The notes: a model not told the origin generated them from the sequence alone. Positions 1 to 12,811 are shown, counted from the first letter of the whole stretch. The stretch is 62,857 nt of DNA, filler included, from Collodictyon triciliatum (GCA_043381765.1; 20 parts of 20 records of this genome joined end to end with filler, not necessarily neighbours in it); one strand, 5' to 3'. A program made the numbers and translations.

Positions 1-192
1 GAGACTGAGACTGAGACTGAGACTGAGACTGAGACTGAGACTGAGACTGAGACTGAGACTGAGACTGAGACTGAGACTGAGACTGAGACTGAGACTGAGA
101 CTGAGACTGAGACTGAGACTGGGACTGAGACTGAGACTGAAATTGAGACTGAGACTGAGACTGAAATTGAGACTGAGACTGAGACTGAGACT
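1..192 (+). repeat. (GAGACT)n microsatellite at contig start
   Basis: Direct hexamer tandem array with a few GAAATT/GGGACT variant units. Confidence 0.97.
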
Positions 193-423
193 GGCCCGAG
201 CTTCGATTCCTCTTCCGTGAGGAGGCAGGAATCAGGCTTGGCTTCAGAGCTATATGAAAATTATACAAAACATGAATAATACACCACCTCGCCCTGACAA
301 ACAGGTCGGTAATTTGAAGAAAAAGATTGTCCCAGTGTGTACTTAATAACTTATTAATGACAAAAAATTTTATTTATTTGATTTTAGAATAATTTGAAAA
401 AAAAGACAAATGTGTTTAGGAAA

Positions 424-1866
424 TCATGTAAATATGATGTTACTAGGGGTAATCGAAGTGCCGTATATCCAAGCCATCCCGGCTGCGACTTCGCCATTCA
501 GTGTTTTCCCAGGAACTCCAACAATAATAGTACCCGCATCGACAGAAAGAGCGGAGCCGAATATATCCCCGGCCATTGGACTTGATTGCGTCAGAGTAGC
601 CGAAAGATTCGGATAATTGCTTGGAGTCGGAATGGTGAACATGAAAACAACACCGGCGTTCTGCACACCTAAGCTTCGGTTTGGAGCCGATATTATCACA
701 GAAGGTGATGGACCTCCTAGCATGATCGCCACCGCTAAGCCAAAGGTATCTGATGCACTTAAGGAGGACACGATAGATGAATCTGCACCGATATCAGATA
801 ACAGAGACCAATCTGTCGGGACTGCATTGTACCCAAAGGCATAGGCTGCCCCGGCTCCGTTGGACTTTCCAGGGGCACCAACAATTAACAACTTGAGTGA
901 GATTGAAAGGGACACAGAGAAGCCTACCTTGGAGTCAACAGTAGCCGTGACTGGAACCAGTGAGGTGGTGCTGATCCATTTAGAGCCGTTAAAGGAGAAA
1001 ACAAAGACGGCACCGGATTCAATAGTTTTGCTAGTTCCAGTGCGTGCGTAGGGAGCACCGATGGCTGCAACCCCCACATCTAAGGCCACGGAAAAGCCAA
1101 ATTGCTCGTTACCTTTGTATGCAGAGGACATCGTCAGACGCTGGTTCATATTCCATAACTTTCCACCTCCACCACTTCGTGTAAAGATATAAGCAGCACC
1201 ACCGCCCAAATTCTCGTCTGATTTGTCATCCGAACCATCACCAATATCCTCACCGAATGCACCGATCAGTAGAGTCAGTACTTGGGTAGACGAGACTGTA
1301 GTGGAGCCCATGGCCAGAGCGTGACCAAAGAACGCATTTTTCTTGACGTATGAACTCGGAGCAGCGAGTATATCCCTTTCCATCCAATTATCGCTCGATC
1401 CACTGCGAGAAAAGATCGAAACACGTCCTTGATTGTCCTTACTATCACCTCCTCTATCCGACGCTTCTGAATATGGCATTCCCACCGCTGCAAAACCCTG
1501 GAACGAGGATGTGCATGCGACACTTTCACCAAAGCGATCACCTGATTGTGGCTTCTGAGAAAAAATCTGCGTCTGCTCAGCCCATGAACCGCCGGATGAT
1601 CGAGTGAACACATATGCAGAGCCGCTCTTGGATGAGCCTGATTTTGCATAGGGTGCGCCGATGACTGCTATGTCGTTGCAGACACATACACTTGTTCCTA
1701 AGTTGTCACCAGCCACGGTGTTGGCGCCTTTCACGCCAATCGCAACATCATTTGGCCATGTTTGTCCGCCTACGAGCGCGATAGACACGAAGATAATGAC
1801 CCCCAGCAATAGCAACACAGCTGTCCGTGTGAACGAAGCGTGCTTCTCGGACGATGTAGCACTCAT
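424..1866 (-). CDS. Secreted/membrane-anchored FG-GAP repeat (integrin-alpha-like 7-bladed beta-propeller) protein, single exon
   Basis: Hydrophobic N-terminal segment (TAVLLLLGVIIFVSIALVGG) followed by seven FG..GAP..G.AY/VF repeats (LGTSV, FGESV, FGHAL, FGFSV, VGFSV, FGLAV, FGSAL). The first ATG is at 1866; the ORF track starts at a TTG at 1872. Confidence 0.88.
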   Translation of the reverse strand: MSATSSEKHASFTRTAVLLLLGVIIFVSIALVGGQTWPNDVAIGVKGANTVAGDNLGTSVCVCNDIAVIGAPYAKSGSSKSGSAYVFTRSSGGSWAEQTQIFSQKPQSGDRFGESVACTSSFQGFAAVGMPYSEASDRGGDSKDNQGRVSIFSRSGSSDNWMERDILAAPSSYVKKNAFFGHALAMGSTTVSSTQVLTLLIGAFGEDIGDGSDDKSDENLGGGAAYIFTRSGGGGKLWNMNQRLTMSSAYKGNEQFGFSVALDVGVAAIGAPYARTGTSKTIESGAVFVFSFNGSKWISTTSLVPVTATVDSKVGFSVSLSISLKLLIVGAPGKSNGAGAAYAFGYNAVPTDWSLLSDIGADSSIVSSLSASDTFGLAVAIMLGGPSPSVIISAPNRSLGVQNAGVVFMFTIPTPSNYPNLSATLTQSSPMAGDIFGSALSVDAGTIIVGVPGKTLNGEVAAGMAWIYGTSITPSNIIFT

Positions 1867-3056
1867 TGACAATCGCTACTACAGCTGTTTTGGCAAACTT
1901 CTCGGATCTTTCGCTGCTTTGAGTGCGCTGCTGGCTGTGCGTCAAATGCGATTAGTATCGCTTTTTTTTTATTTTTTTTTTTTAATGAAAACAAAATAAA
2001 TGTAAGTTAACAAAACTATAGTGTTCTTGTTTTATGGGATGGAGGTGCGCTTGGTGTTGAAGGGCTCTTCATTTGTTAATGTTTATCATTTATGTATATA
2101 TTTTTTTTTGATTAAGTTTATTCGATAGAATCGCTGGAAATATGGTCGCGTGAGTGATTGTATGAGGTTGCTAATGGACAGGGTTACACATCCTAGAAGT
2201 AGGTGCCTGCTACATAAAATATGCTATGACACTCAATGATTTGGTAAGCTGCACAGCGCAACCAGCTGATTTTTCTTGGTGTTTATTCACTGTATTATCG
2301 TCGCACGTGACAGACTGGCCTATTCAACGGGCTTTGCATAATTTCTGTTCCGAGCTTTCGAGAGGTGGGTCATTCCAAAACCCTGGTGTTGTGTGAAAAG
2401 GATGCGAGCATAATGCAATTATTCCACTTCTGTCGCCGCTTCATGTCAAAAGACATTTGTCCTTTGTTTGACGGGCTCGGCTTGGAGAGAAGAAGAGATA
2501 AATTGCGAAAGCCACATTGTTTACACTGTTGGGTTCTCCTGATTCGAAGACATTAAGATGAGAATTCAATGAATAAAGACAATATCTTACCAATTTTATT
2601 GAATGTTCATTTCTGTGTTTATTTACTGAATAGTTCATTAAGTATTCTTGAAATAGATATGTTTTTGTACAAAATATTGAAATTTGCTTTACGACAGAAT
2701 ATTCAAGAAGTGTATCCTGAAACGATTTATTTATGTGGAAAATTAAAATATTTAATGAGAAGCCCCGAAATCAGATGAAAAAATCAAAATTTGTTTGTTT
2801 GACATAATGGTTTTTATAATACCCTTTCTAACCATCCATTCAATTCGCAGTGCTTGCGCCTTTGCCACAAGGGTTTGGTGATTTGCCCGCCTCTGAAGGC
2901 GATAATCTCGGCGCGCCCCAAACGCATCCAGAAACAATCCCCTTTTTTCTTCTTCGTTTCCTAGTAATGTGTTTCTTTCCTGTGAGCTCTTTATGTGGAT
3001 TCAAGGGTTATCGAATGAGTAAGACTTCAGTGACCGCACATGCTTAAAAATTCGAA

Positions 3057-3156
3057 NNNNNNNNNNNNNNNNNNNNNNNNNNNNNNNNNNNNNNNNNNNN
3101 TTAATTAATTAANNNNNNNNNNNNNNNNNNNNNNNNNNNNNNNNNNNNNNNNNNNN
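3057..3156. other. Artificial contig linker N44-TTAATTAATTAA-N44 (first of 19)
   Basis: Six-frame stop 12-mer at 3101, 6255, 9408, 12560, 15712, 18864, 22013, 25162, 28311, 31458, 34605, 37751, 40896, 44040, 47184, 50328, 53471, 56614 and 59759, each flanked by Ns. Confidence 0.98.
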
Positions 3157-5593
3157 TCCGTCAATCAGACAATATCCCTTCAATATCCGCATATTTTGTT
3201 ATTCCCACCCCTACTAAATAATGACAACATCCTCCCGATACTCTCGCTTCTGTCAACCACCCATTGCTACCTCGATTAGTTGGAGCGAATCACCATGGCA
3301 AAATGTATTGCAGATTTATTTGTCCTTACTCTTGTTATTGGTGGTGTCTTAAACGCTCCTCTACCCTAACCCACAACGATGACTCTTTCAGCAATCCATT
3401 TTCATCGCAATTTCAAATGTGATGTCTCTTCTTGAGCTCCTTTGTTAATTTACTTTATGCGCTGCTATGCCAAATATATTGATGAATCCAGACATATTCC
3501 GACAGGGCCTATCTCATTCAACCTCTATATTACTGGTTTTCCATCATTCATCTCCATTCACCCTCATGTGTATTCGGTCTCTTACGCAATCCTTGGCCAC
3601 ACCCATCATCCCTCACAATACTTTGAGTAGGATAAATTCTTTTCCTGTATGAAGAGATTATACTGTGATTTAATTATGAGAAAAAAAAACATAGTGCGCA
3701 TAAGTAATGAAGAAAGGTTCAGAAGAGACCTAAATGTGTTTGCTGATTGAAAATTGTCGTCGACCTCTCCTCCCCTCATTTTCTTCCTCAAATCTCACCT
3801 GTCATTTTATATTGTCCCATTCCATTATCTATTCTCTCTCCCCTTTCACTTTTAAGAAGGACTTGGTAGATTTACTTTTGGAGTATTTTTGATAAGGAAG
3901 TGACTATGATACTATGACGGGAAATTGAGATGACGTGATAGTATATCTGAGCCTTGTAACAGAGCCTGCATTTTTTTTAATTCAGTAAGGAGCTGGCGAG
4001 GAATACTCTTAATGGATTTATTAGTCGAAGCATTATCTCAGGCTTTGAAATTAGTCTTGACCTCAAAGGCAGATAAAACAGAAGGTGTTTGGTTAATTCC
4101 CATTGACAGAAGAGAACGCAATTCGATTCTCGTCAACGAGGATTTCGGCACTACTTTTCAATACATGTTTTGGTTTCCAGTTAGATTGGATTCTGATTTT
4201 GAGGGTTTGTCCTAGACTAACTTATTCCAATACTCTCACTCACTCATCCATCAATTTCCCAGTCAAGTATTATATTTCTCTGATTCGAGAAGCCTCCTTG
4301 TATTATCAGTCCAGAGGTGCAATTTGGGTGGTTATGAGTAAAGTGTGCTGCTTTTTTTCGACTGAGGAAATAAGTTGCTGGTCGAAGGTGCTGTGGTTCT
4401 ATCCCTTGGTTTTGAAACATCCCATTCATGCATGCTTATAAGACATTCCTTATCTTTTGGGAATATACATTCGTCCAGTATTTTCCTCCTGCTTTATCCT
4501 CCATGCCAAAAAACAAAAACAAAAACAAAACAACTCACTTAACAACAATCTCGATGCCAATTATCTTGACACTTTTGACTTGGAGACAATGCTTTCTACC
4601 ACTATATTTTTTCTCACTTATGCATCTGTATCATGACGCATGGTAATTACCAGAAAAGAATCAACCCAGAGCCTATAAGTGTGAGCTTCGCTCCGAGGTG
4701 ACCATGAACCTTTAGTGCCAAGGGACATGGCTTACCACTTTGCTACCGAGAAATGATATCACATTGAAGCAAGCTTGCTCGCATCATACTTTATCATTTC
4801 GATGACGAAAAACTTTATATTCAGGAGCTAATCATATCTGTGATGGTCTCTTCCTAAGTCAAAGATATGATAGTCCTTAAGCAGCATTTAGATGTCAAGG
4901 TAATTTGTCATGATACGCTGGGGTGTGGAAATGCTTGTCTCCTTTCACATTGGGTCATTGATTGATATCTTTCTTACCTCTTCTGTTTTCATATCTTTTC
5001 TTTTTATTTACGATGAAAGAGAAAGAATGGGATGAAATAGAAACGTGATGGGATAGAACAAGTAGTATCTTAGAGGTTTGTCCTCGACTCCGAACCAGTA
5101 ATAAGTTTTCTTATTGTTTCCTGCAGGAAATCATTCTGTCGAATAAACTCACACGAGCGATACACAAATTGAAAGGAAAAATTGAAAAAAAAAACACTAA
5201 CAATGAAGGGGTGGCATCAACTTATTCATTTCATTACACCTCTAGTTGGCATGGATATTTACTCATTATACAAACCAATATAATTTGAGTATCCCGTTAT
5301 TCCAACAGAAAGAACATCCCCATCAAGAATCCCTCCATTGCCTACTAAACCCTTGCACTCTACTCTCGGATGTTCGAATACTTTCCACATCTTTATCACG
5401 ATATAATATTTTATTATTACTCATTTCGCTTCCCGTCCTTCCTAATCTACTACGTCAGTCTAAGGTTTTCGAAGAGTCATCTCACCAGTCGTTGGCCTGC
5501 CTGTTGTGAGCAGCATAACCTCGTATCAATACCAGCGAATGAATATCCACTAAGAAACAAAAAAACAAAAAACAAAAAGCACTGTGAAGCAGC

Positions 5594-5956
5594 CTACCTT
5601 TCATACTCCTTTTTGAGCGCGGCATATTCCTCACAGGCCTTATCATACAAGTCCCATACACAAACCGCACAGCCATTCCCACAGCAGTCATCTGGCTCCG
5701 GTTTTTGTGGCTCCACTGGTTTGGACAGACGTTTTCTTTGCAACTTCTGCGTCTCCAGTGTTTCAGCCTCGCAAGCAGGGTTGTACTGGTCTTTGTGAGT
5801 GGCCGCTGACTTTGCTGCCTCGCCTTGGCTTTGTGACTCGCCGCTTTGTTCCATGCAGAGACGCGTGTCTGTTGAAAGGCTTTGGTGAATCCGCCCTCCG
5901 TTCTTGGATGCTGCTGCTGCTGCCTGGGCGATTCGAAGGCCTGCACGAGCGATCAT
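5594..5956 (-). CDS. Oxidoreductase-like domain protein (OXLD1-like)
   Basis: Signature P.KPEPDDCCGNGCAVCVWDLY and a basic Ala/Arg-rich N-terminus resembling a mitochondrial presequence. Confidence 0.85.
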   Translation of the reverse strand: MIARAGLRIAQAAAAASKNGGRIHQSLSTDTRLCMEQSGESQSQGEAAKSAATHKDQYNPACEAETLETQKLQRKRLSKPVEPQKPEPDDCCGNGCAVCVWDLYDKACEEYAALKKEYER

Positions 5957-6374
5957 CCCACGTGTGTGTATAATTGAGAGCGTTTGAGTCTGGCCAGATG
6001 GTTTGGGAAAAGCTGTGCGCGTGTCTGATTTATTCGGAAGGACAGGCTTTCGGCCTCAAAGAGAGTCTGTGCAATCATAGACAGGCTGATTGAGTCTGCT
6101 GTGGATAGCTTTGGAAGCGTTGCACAGGAGTGAAAACAAAAAACAAAAAACAAAAAACAAAAAACAAAAAACAAAAAACAAAAAACAAAAAACAAAAAAC
6201 AAAAAAAAAANNNNNNNNNNNNNNNNNNNNNNNNNNNNNNNNNNNNNNNNNNNNTTAATTAATTAANNNNNNNNNNNNNNNNNNNNNNNNNNNNNNNNNN
6301 NNNNNNNNNNGTTACACAAAGTATGAATTGAAGTTTAGAATATGAGTATATTAATATGCCCCAAGATTTAACTA

Positions 6375-9062
6375 CCATAGCATCGGACAATCGGGCATTG
6401 CCCTTCGGGGTCCATTATATTCAACCTTCTGAGGATTTTGAACTCGTCAAAGGTTTGATCGATGAAACTCTTGTTGTTTCGAATTACTTTTAAGCAGACC
6501 TATTTTGTATCAACAAATTAGAAGCCAACCTTGGTTTTTCCCCCTCTCATGGAGTATCATTACATGATTCCACTCCTTTTCACATCATTATTCCTTTTTT
6601 TTTATTTACCAAATATCCATTGCTAAGGTCCAAGCACTTTATCGCTCGACTGAATGCAGCAGAGCCGATATACTCGAGAATTTGATATCTAGCGGCGATA
6701 ACTCTTCCAATGCTGATGTCAAAATCCTCTGTAGGCTCGAATCCAGTCTTATCTACCTCGTAAATAACCTACATAAAGGCATAGTGGCCACCAATAAGAA
6801 AATGAACTCTACTGCCTAGATATATGATATAGTTGATCAATTTGGGCGACTAAATAGCATATCTGTTCAAGGTGAATGCAGATGTACATTAATTGCCATG
6901 CTCTCTATAACGGTGAATTGGAGCTGATATAAGTTGCGCAGATATTCTGGATCCTCATCTGACAGATCCGGAGAGATAATGGACCTTTCGATGAGTTCTT
7001 TGTTTCGGCGCTTTTCGATGGTCACACCACTGATGGGGTCTTCACAGGCAATTTGAGCAGAATAAAGCTCGCGAGTCTCATTCTCATCTTTCTCCTCTTC
7101 ATCAGTATCTTTGTCATCCATGTCGCGGATGGAAAAAGGTCCATTTACACTGGAAGGATTTCGCGCTGTGATTATAGAATTATCAGTGTTGATTTTATTT
7201 TAGCGCAAGTATATCATCATGGGAGAATTTGTGGTATAAAACATAACATAGTAATCGATATCCTTTCATTAGCTTACTTGTGTCGTGATACCGCAGAACA
7301 CGATAGCCACAATCGTTATCGTCGTCCCATTCATCCAGAATTTTTTCTGTCAAATTTAGACACAAATCAATATGAAACCGAGTTTATGAACCGTGAAATA
7401 AATGATATTGAGAAATATGCCTTTTCGGAAATCTCACCGCCATCAGGAACGAAGTAAGGATATGTCACTGATGGGTCAGTGGCTAAAAAATTCGTAAAAA
7501 TGAATGTATGAAAATGAAAGGTTAGACAAAATTTAATCATGATATTATTTGGTATATTTATAAATATGATTTAGCGATGCATGATATATAGTCGAACAGA
7601 ACATCATGCCTGAATGTCTTTACGATCGGTAGAAGACATATACCGCATATGCATACATAGGGTGAGAGAAAAAAATTCATTGAGGATTCACATAATTTTA
7701 ATAATGCAGAATCGGTGTGCAGTTAAAAATTAACATTTCCGAACAGCCCAAAGACAAAGTCGGACGTTGAACTTACGTCGAAGAAGCTTGTTGTTGTTCA
7801 TATCCAATGGTCCCTGTGCTGTCATTCACCTGCTCAAGTGATGTCTCCTTACCAAATGGGTCAGCGAGGCGGGAAGGGAATACACTACCAGATGGCCTGT
7901 CGAGTGATGCAGTTAGTGGTGCCTGGGGACCAAATGGATCATCATCCAGAGGATTTTCCGGCAAGGCATTTTCATACTCATCGCCAAAGTCGCTATTGAA
8001 TTCCTCCTCAATGGCTCTAGAGGCGGTTGAGAGGTACTGATTTGCAAGGGCGGGTTCTGGTATTTTTGGGTCGATGGTTTGAGGCAAGTCTGAAGGAGGG
8101 CCAGGATAGCCGGTTTGAGAGGAAAGGTGCTGGTCTGCTTGTGGTGGGTAAAATAGATACGGCGGAGTTTTTGTCCGTTTCAAGACTGACTTAGCAGGCG
8201 AGGCCGGGTCAGGGGTTTCTAAATCCTCCTGTGTGGCTTCGGAGAAACCGTTTTCGTCTAGACTTAGTTTGCTGAAGGCAATATCTATACCGAAAATATG
8301 TTAATATTGTATTATATAATCAATTTTTGTTGATCTGGTAGATCTAGACGAATCTTTTTGTTTCGGGGAGGAGAAAGATTCGGTTAGTAATACAAACCAA
8401 CAGGCGAGTCTTTTCCACTTGACATACTGAACATGGATCGCTCAACAAGTCCTATCAGTGTTTTGTTTTTGTATATATTATAAATTCTTCTCGGTTGGAA
8501 ATCGACAAATAATAAATAAAGATAGCGAGCATTTGCATGAAATCCAAAGCATGAGAGAACAGAATTGAACAGAAAAATCAAGAGGATCCAAATCGAGGGA
8601 CGTACGATGAATTGATGTCTTGGGTAGTTTGGAGCCAGGGTCGCCTGCGGAATATTTGGTTATTATACCATAGCACATATGTATTTATGGAAGAGTTCAT
8701 ATTCAAGAATAATACAATACTCATACACTCAACATAGCTCAGAGGGAATAGTGATGAGATGATGATGATGATAAAGTGGAATTATTTGCCATCATTTGAA
8801 ACCGCCCATAGGAAATTTAAATACACCGTAAAATAAAATAATAAGATGGACATTCTAATATATAATATAATGAAGGATGTATTAGTAAAATAAATGATAG
8901 AAAAAATAGTGAAATAAATATACGGGGTTTTTGCTCCAGCATGTTTGACAAAGTAGCGAGCCCATTGACAGCAAAAAACTCCTGAATTAAGTTACGCACG
9001 CTGTCCTCGTTATTTGGTCCACCAACCGCCAAACTATCCTCGAGGTTTTCGACCTTGCTCAT
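6375..9062 (-). CDS. DYRKP-type (GSAAFS) DYRK-related Ser/Thr kinase, multi-exon, 3' truncated by the contig end
   Basis: Exons encode KTGFEPTEDFDISIGRVIAARYQILEYIGSAAFSRAIKCLDL (~6610-6770) and VCLKVIRNNKSFIDQTFDEFKILRRLN (~6375-6498). There is an N-terminal LisH-like segment (VRNLIQEFFAVNGLATLSNMLEQ) and acidic linker exons, with GT-AG introns. Confidence 0.85.
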
Positions 9063-9627
9063 GGGGGTCTGCTAGGGTGAATATGGCTCCTGATTGAAAG
9101 GAAGGATGAAATAGCTCTACAAACGTAAAGCCTTCAATTTATGAATGTACAGGAATGAATCGCAGCTGCAGCTGCAAAGGATACGTAGTGAAAGAGAGCG
9201 AAGAAGAGTATAGGAACTAAAAATGGGGTAGAAAGAAAAGAAAGAAAAAAAGAAAGAAAAGAAAAGAAAAGAAAGAAAAGAAAAGAAAAGAAAAGAAAAG
9301 AAAAGAAAAGAAAAGAAAAGAAAAGAAAAGAAAAGAAAAGAAAAGAAAAGAAAAGAAAAGAAANNNNNNNNNNNNNNNNNNNNNNNNNNNNNNNNNNNNN
9401 NNNNNNNTTAATTAATTAANNNNNNNNNNNNNNNNNNNNNNNNNNNNNNNNNNNNNNNNNNNNTTTTTTTTTTTTAAAAAAATTTTAAACACAAACTGTT
9501 TTTTTTTCTTAAAAAAAAAAAAAAAGAAGAAAAGAAAAGAAAGCGACAAGGTGGTCTCTAGCTACAAAACGCCCTGGAAGACTAAGAAAAAAAACAAAAC
9601 AGGCTTGAAGGAAACGCACGCATTCCG

Positions 9628-11740
9628 ATGGCCACTTCAGAACATGACACAATCTTCGAAGATGAAGGTTGGTATTCTAGCGGAAAGTTTTCCTATTTTA
9701 TTTTCTGTTTTTTTTTTTCACTTTTGCTCTTAACCTTTGCTTCATAATTTATTTATTTATTTTTATTTTTTTGCATTTTCTTCCATGTAACTAAGTGAAG
9801 CAATAGAAAAGTGAGGACTTCATTTTGCGGCATGTTGAGAAAGTTTTTCATTCCTGACTATTTCTTCTCCTTCCTCATTTTAACCTTGCTTCCTCCCTTC
9901 AGAAGTCGATGACACACCCTCTACAACGTCGGGTCATTTGCGTGAGTCCATGGACAGCGTTGGCAGCTCTCGATCTAGCATGCAAAGTGTTGGTGGATGC
10001 TCACCTGTCTCTCGTAAGCAAACTCATCCAATTCCCACATATCTTCTGGGAACATGCACTTAATATAGTGAATACTCGTTTGTCATTCATTCAAGATTTG
10101 TTTCTGTTCATTCTTTTCAAAGTGACCAAACACCCTGTTCTCTAGTTCTTTATCCTAAATTGTTTCTTTACCATGGAATGGTGCTTATAAATTTGTCTAT
10201 TGTGTCGTATTGTATTGCATGGTATCATCGCATATAGCCAATGAATTATAATGCTATTAGCTGGTGCGTTGAGGCACAACCAATCCCACGCACCATCGGC
10301 CCGCAAGCGACGCAGCTGGAGCAAAGAAGAGGACGAGAAACTGTTCGCCGCTGTTAACCTCTTCGGTGTGGAAAATTGGCAGAAGGTCTCTGACCACTTC
10401 GGACACTCGCGGACCAGAGACCAGTGCTATCAACGATGGATACGCGCTCTGAAGCCGGGCATCCGCAAGGGTGCATGGACCGAGCATGAAGACCGCATCT
10501 TGAGAGAACGCGTAGGACAACTTGGAGAAGGCTCCTGGTGTGAAGTTGCTCGTGCATTAGACGGCCGCACGGATCAGCAGTGCCGCCGGCATTGGACTTT
10601 GCTCCGCGCAAAGGATACTCAACGCGGCCTGATCCCACCGATTGGCTCTCAGTTTCACGACCACACAAACCAATACTACAACCCCCCGGCTTCACGTCCA
10701 GCAAGCGAACCTTCTTTGAACCTTAGTTGGGTCGACTTTTCATCAAAAGGTGCATCACAAGCGCACGGTTCGCCTACATTTCCCCCCTTAATATCCTTTG
10801 CTTTCCCTTTTAATATTTTGTGTTGGCTTCAGATTTATCGTTAACTTTATTTTTAAATGAATATTGAAAGTATTTAAAATCGATCCATGAATCCAAACAA
10901 AAAAAATTTTGAAAACAAAACTAATAATATGGTATATGCATTAGCTTCCCCTCACCAACAGCAATCCGTCATGATGCCTTTGGAAGTGACCCCAGCTTCA
11001 TCCGCTCCGGTTCTTTCATCGATGGATACTTTTGTCAATGAAGACCAAGATTGTTGGGATGTATCTCAGAGAGCTCAGCAAATCGGAAGATATCCACCCA
11101 GTCAAGAAGCGAACTCCTCCCCAATCATCGAGTCGGCGATGCCAAACCAGCGTACTAGCCAATTTCAACCTGCATGGAGCTCTGGTAGCGTGCCGATACC
11201 GCAGTCACAGCAATTCTACTTCAACTCTCCCTCTTCAAACCCAAAGCTTCCGGTGATCGATAGCTCAAAATCAAAGACAAACACCTTTGCGAACGCACCC
11301 ACCAAGTTAGAAGACGAGGTCATGGATGACGGGTTTGTCTGTGTGAGTAAGCCCGTGACAACTGATGCTGAAATTCAAGAGGTCACAGCCAATTGGAAGA
11401 AGGACTGTCACCGGAATCCGTTTTCTCTCCACTCATTCCGACGATCGCAATCACCCAGGAACCACGCAAAAGGCCCTGTAAATGAGGTGATGTATGCAAA
11501 ACAACACCATTCTAATTCTGAAAAAGACCTTATAGAAACGGCGTGCGCCGGAGCTGGTCACCATCAAAAGCCCAGCCTTTCCTCAAATCCTCACCAGACA
11601 GATCACCAAGGGAGCTCAAACTGGCGCATTTCAATCAAATCTTTGTTAAATTGGTGCTTCTCTTCTTTTCTTTCTTTCTTTCTATTTTTCCCATTTTCTT
11701 TTTCTTTTCTCTTATTCACTCACTCTCATACTCATTCAGA
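9628..11740 (+). CDS. Myb (R2R3-type, two-repeat) transcription factor, multi-exon
   Basis: Repeats WSKEEDEKL..NWQKVS..RTRDQCYQRW and KGAWTEHEDRIL..SWCEVA..RTDQQCRRHW. Phase-compatible exons are 9628-9667, 9903-10013, 10261-10767 and 10945-~11653. The exact 3' end is uncertain. Confidence 0.88.
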
Positions 11741-12417
11741 TGTTTTCTTTTTTTTTTAAAAAAAAAAAGGAAGAAAGAAAGAAAGTTACAATCCAATCAT
11801 CCCTTTGCTCTTCTCTTGGATTTTCACATACACCAGATTTTATTCAGATACAAAATATTTCTTGCCTTGAATGTCCTATTCCCTTTTTTCTGAAAAAGCC
11901 ATTCCTCTCACAAAGATATGCATTCTTGTCTTAACAAAAATAAAATGCTATTTTTTAAAAAGAAATAAATAATGCATTAAATCACACGGGTGTAAAGCTT
12001 CTTCATCTACTCAGAAAAATCATCCGATAACAACGCGTCGACACAATTGAAAAACTTCTCATATGTCCCTCCATAATCTTAATCTACCTTGCTGCTTAAA
12101 AACCACCGTTCTAAGTTTTTTTTTTTTTAACTGTCTGTTTTCTTTTCTTTTCTTTTATCCACGAACCTTGCCGCATCATTTTATATAATTTTATTGCTGA
12201 AATAATTGATCTTGCTGCTTGGACGTGAAAGCACTCGGTCGCGCGCCCGCGGCGATGAAAATGAGGGTGATGTGACGAGAGACTGGAGAGGAGAAAGCTA
12301 ATCATCAGTTGCAAATGCATGGTATGTGATGCCCCTCCTTCCTTCTTTTTGGACGAACATGCATAGGCGCAGGAAAATATTGGTTGTTTCGATTCGTTAC
12401 GTTGTAGCATCCAGTCG

Positions 12418-12420
<3 letters not shown>

Positions 12421-12515
<95 letters not shown>
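12421..12515 (+). repeat. (TTA)n microsatellite at contig end
   Basis: Direct trinucleotide array running into the linker. Confidence 0.95.
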
Positions 12516-12811
12516 NNNNNNNNNNNNNNNNNNNNNNNNNNNNNNNNNNNNNNNNNNNNTTAATTAATTAANNNNNNNNNNNNNNNNNNNNNNNNNNNNN
12601 NNNNNNNNNNNNNNNTTCTTTTCTTTTCATTTTTCCGTTTTATTTTTTTTTATTTTTTTATTTTTTTTATTTTTTTTATTTTTTGTCATGTTTTTACCTT
12701 TTTCTTTGAGTGTGCTCTTTTCATCGTAGCATCGGTGTTTCTCTTTTCTGTTGACTGTAACTGATCTTTTTGTCCCCTCTTAAATCGGTCATGTTCAATA
12801 ATATCTCTCAG

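Noticed and set aside
12326-12571. Homopolymer or dipeptide ORFs (poly-Y, MIMI, SLSL, HIHI, FCFL etc.) here and at other contig ends
   Set aside because: These are translations of microsatellites and N linkers.
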